A DNA stretch of 64,000 bases from Azolla caroliniana (taxonomy: Eukaryota > Plantae > Polypodiophyta). The stretch covers positions 12,586,001 through 12,650,000 of the forward strand of contig JBHGNT010000015.1 in assembly GCA_043228905.1 (NCBI GenBank), given 5' to 3'. Below, in pieces: positions 61,902 to 64,000 of this stretch; within the stretch, counting starts at the first letter, position 1; the number at the start of each line of letters is the position of its first letter. Under the pieces are notes generated by a model that saw only the letters and a program-made list of their open reading frames with translations, made no database searches and was not told where the DNA came from. The position numbers and the translations under genes are program-made.

Positions 61902-64000
61902 TGTTGGGAATAAAGGGCCATCGTGCTTTTATTAGTGCACGAGTGTGAACAGACTCATAGCACATTTTTGACTTGTATATACATAATATCTAAAAACCAA
62001 AAAAGTGGTACACTCTTTGTACCCAAGACAAGGCGCACCTCTCTCTCTCTCCCTTTGTCTCTCTCCCTTTGTCTCTCTCCCTTTGTCTCTCTCCCTTTGT
62101 CTCTCTCCCTTTGTCTCTCACTCAGACTCTCTCCCTCTCTGGTTAACCTAAACCCTAATCCTCATGCTGCCCCTTCAAACTAGTATCAGAGCAGAGCAGG
62201 TTAGAGCAGGTCTTTTTTTTCTGCCAAGCAGGTCACGTTTTTTTTTGCAGAGCAGGTCTCTTTTTTCCCTTTGTAGAGAACATCACGTTTTTCTACAGAA
62301 TAGGTCTTTTTTCTGCTAAGCAGGTCACGTTTTCTGCAGAGCGGGTTTGCAGTGACAGTAGCCACCTTATGCACATCAAGAAGCTTGAGGGTGCACATAA
62401 CTTTGCGGTATGGAAAAAACAATGCCACAACATCCTGCTGCAGAAGAAGAGTGCAAAGCCTATTAAAGTCAAAGGGGCAAAGCCTACAATTATAGACCAA
62501 GATGATTGGCAAGAGTTGAACGAGCTTGCACGCTCGACTATTGAGTTGTTAAATTCTGATGCCTTGCTGTTTAATATTGAAGGTTTGGACTCGGCCTATT
62601 CTATATGGACTAGACTAGAGGAATTGTATGCCAAAAGACGGCAGCTAGCAAAGTTTATCGGCTTAAGAAACTTATGGATTTGTGCATGACAAAGGGCACA
62701 CCCATGTCAACTCACCTGAGTGAGTTCAATTCCATATTCAGCCAACTGGTTGCCTTGAAATTCATCATTGATGATGAGTTTAAGGCCACGTTTTTACTTT
62801 GCACCTTGCCAAAAAGTTGGGATACTTTCAGGACTGCTACAAGCAATTCAAATGCAATGCTTCTTTATGCCGATGTAGAGAGTTCTCTACTCATGGAAGA
62901 GATGAGTCGGCAAAACAATGCATCCAATAAGTCCTCTAGTGCGTTGCATACGAAGGGTAGGTCTTGATGATGAGTTTAAGGCCACGTTTTTACTTTGCAC
63001 CTTGCCAGAAAGTTGGGATACTTTCAGGACTGCTACAAGCAATTCAAATGCAATGCTTCTTTATGCCGATGTAGAGAGTTCTCTACTCATGGAAGAGATG
63101 AGTCGGCAAAACAATGCATCCAATAAGTCCTCTAGTCCTTTGGTGATGGAAAATGGAAGATTTGTAAGGGATCTAGAGTTATTGCCAAGGGTAGTAAAGT
63201 GATACTTTGTATCCTCTCCATGTATCTAGTGTGAGTGACCATGTTGTTTCCATAACCGAGCAGCAAGGTGTTTCTTTATGGCATGGCCTGTTGGGACACA
63301 TGAGTGAAACTGGTATGAAAGTACTTTCTCGTTTGGATTACTTGCCATGTCTTCGTTATGCTGATTTTGAACATTGTGATCATTGCATTTATGGTAAACA
63401 TGTACAAACATCTCATAAGAAGTCTCTTTCGCTGAAGTCTTCCCTGCTTGAGTTAGTACATTCAGATGTATGTCAGATGCCAGGGCTATCATTAGGGGGA
63501 AAGAAATACTTCACTTTTGTCAATGATGCTACACGGAAGGTATGAGTTTACCCTATTCGTAGCAAGGATGAAGTGCTCGACAAGTTTCGAACATTCTTGG
63601 CATTAGTTGAGAATCAAATTGATAAGACACTTAAGTGTCTTCGCTCTGACAATGGTGGGGAATATGTGTCCAAGGCTTTTCAAGCATTTTGTGACAGCAA
63701 AGGGATAAAGAGGGAACTCACTGCCCCTTATAATCCACCCCAAAATGGAGTTGCAAAGCGTATGAATCGGACTATTCAAGATAAGGTACGTACTATGTTG
63801 TCCAATGGTGCGTTACCCCATGGTTTTTGGGCAGAGGCTGTTATGACAGTTGTTCACTTGATTAATTGGTCACCTAACAGATCTTTGGGAGGGGGAATAC
63901 CCCAAGAAGCATGGTCAGGCAAGCCACCTTCATATGCTCACTTGAGAGTGTTTGGCTGTGAGGCTTTTATGCACATTCATAAAGAAGAACGCAACAAACT
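61902..64000 (+). mobile_element. Copia element I (5' LTR, gag, GAG-pre-IN, integrase; runs off the window)
   Basis: Putative LTR 61902-62177 containing 14-bp CTCTCTCCCTTTGT repeats. PBS TAGTATCAGAGC at 62181. gag 'LLCTLPKSWDTF', 'LWHGLLGHMSE', IN 'CLRSDNGGEY'. Confidence 0.85.

Overview
This is eukaryotic land-plant nuclear DNA, most likely a fern, judging from the mixed C-to-U/U-to-C pre-editing pattern in a mitochondrial insert. Two host genes lie on the minus strand: a complete three-exon PIRL-family LRR gene (1212-3554) and the last two exons of an Expp1-like gene (55302-56341). Between them are LINE remnants and a ~42 kb nested transposon pile (12036-54078). The pile holds Copia LTR elements nested several layers deep, several with readable target-site duplications (TSDs), plus solo LTRs, a hAT MITE, an apparently intact three-exon autonomous hAT element inserted in an LTR TATA box, and a second, decayed hAT element with a triple 312-bp in-frame duplication. 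Upstream of the Expp1-like exons, probably within an intron, are an unedited mitochondrial cox3 insertion, a 205-bp tandem repeat, Gypsy remnants and another Copia. I found no prokaryote-type system (CRISPR, operon etc.). The most unusual items are the intact hAT, the pre-edited cox3 NUMT, a Copia family with a doubled PPT and a post-RNase H extension, a tandem Copia sharing an LTR, and a (CT)n-associated LINE/SINE-like pair. Coordinates were read by eye and may be off by a few bases. Family names come from motif recognition, not database searches.
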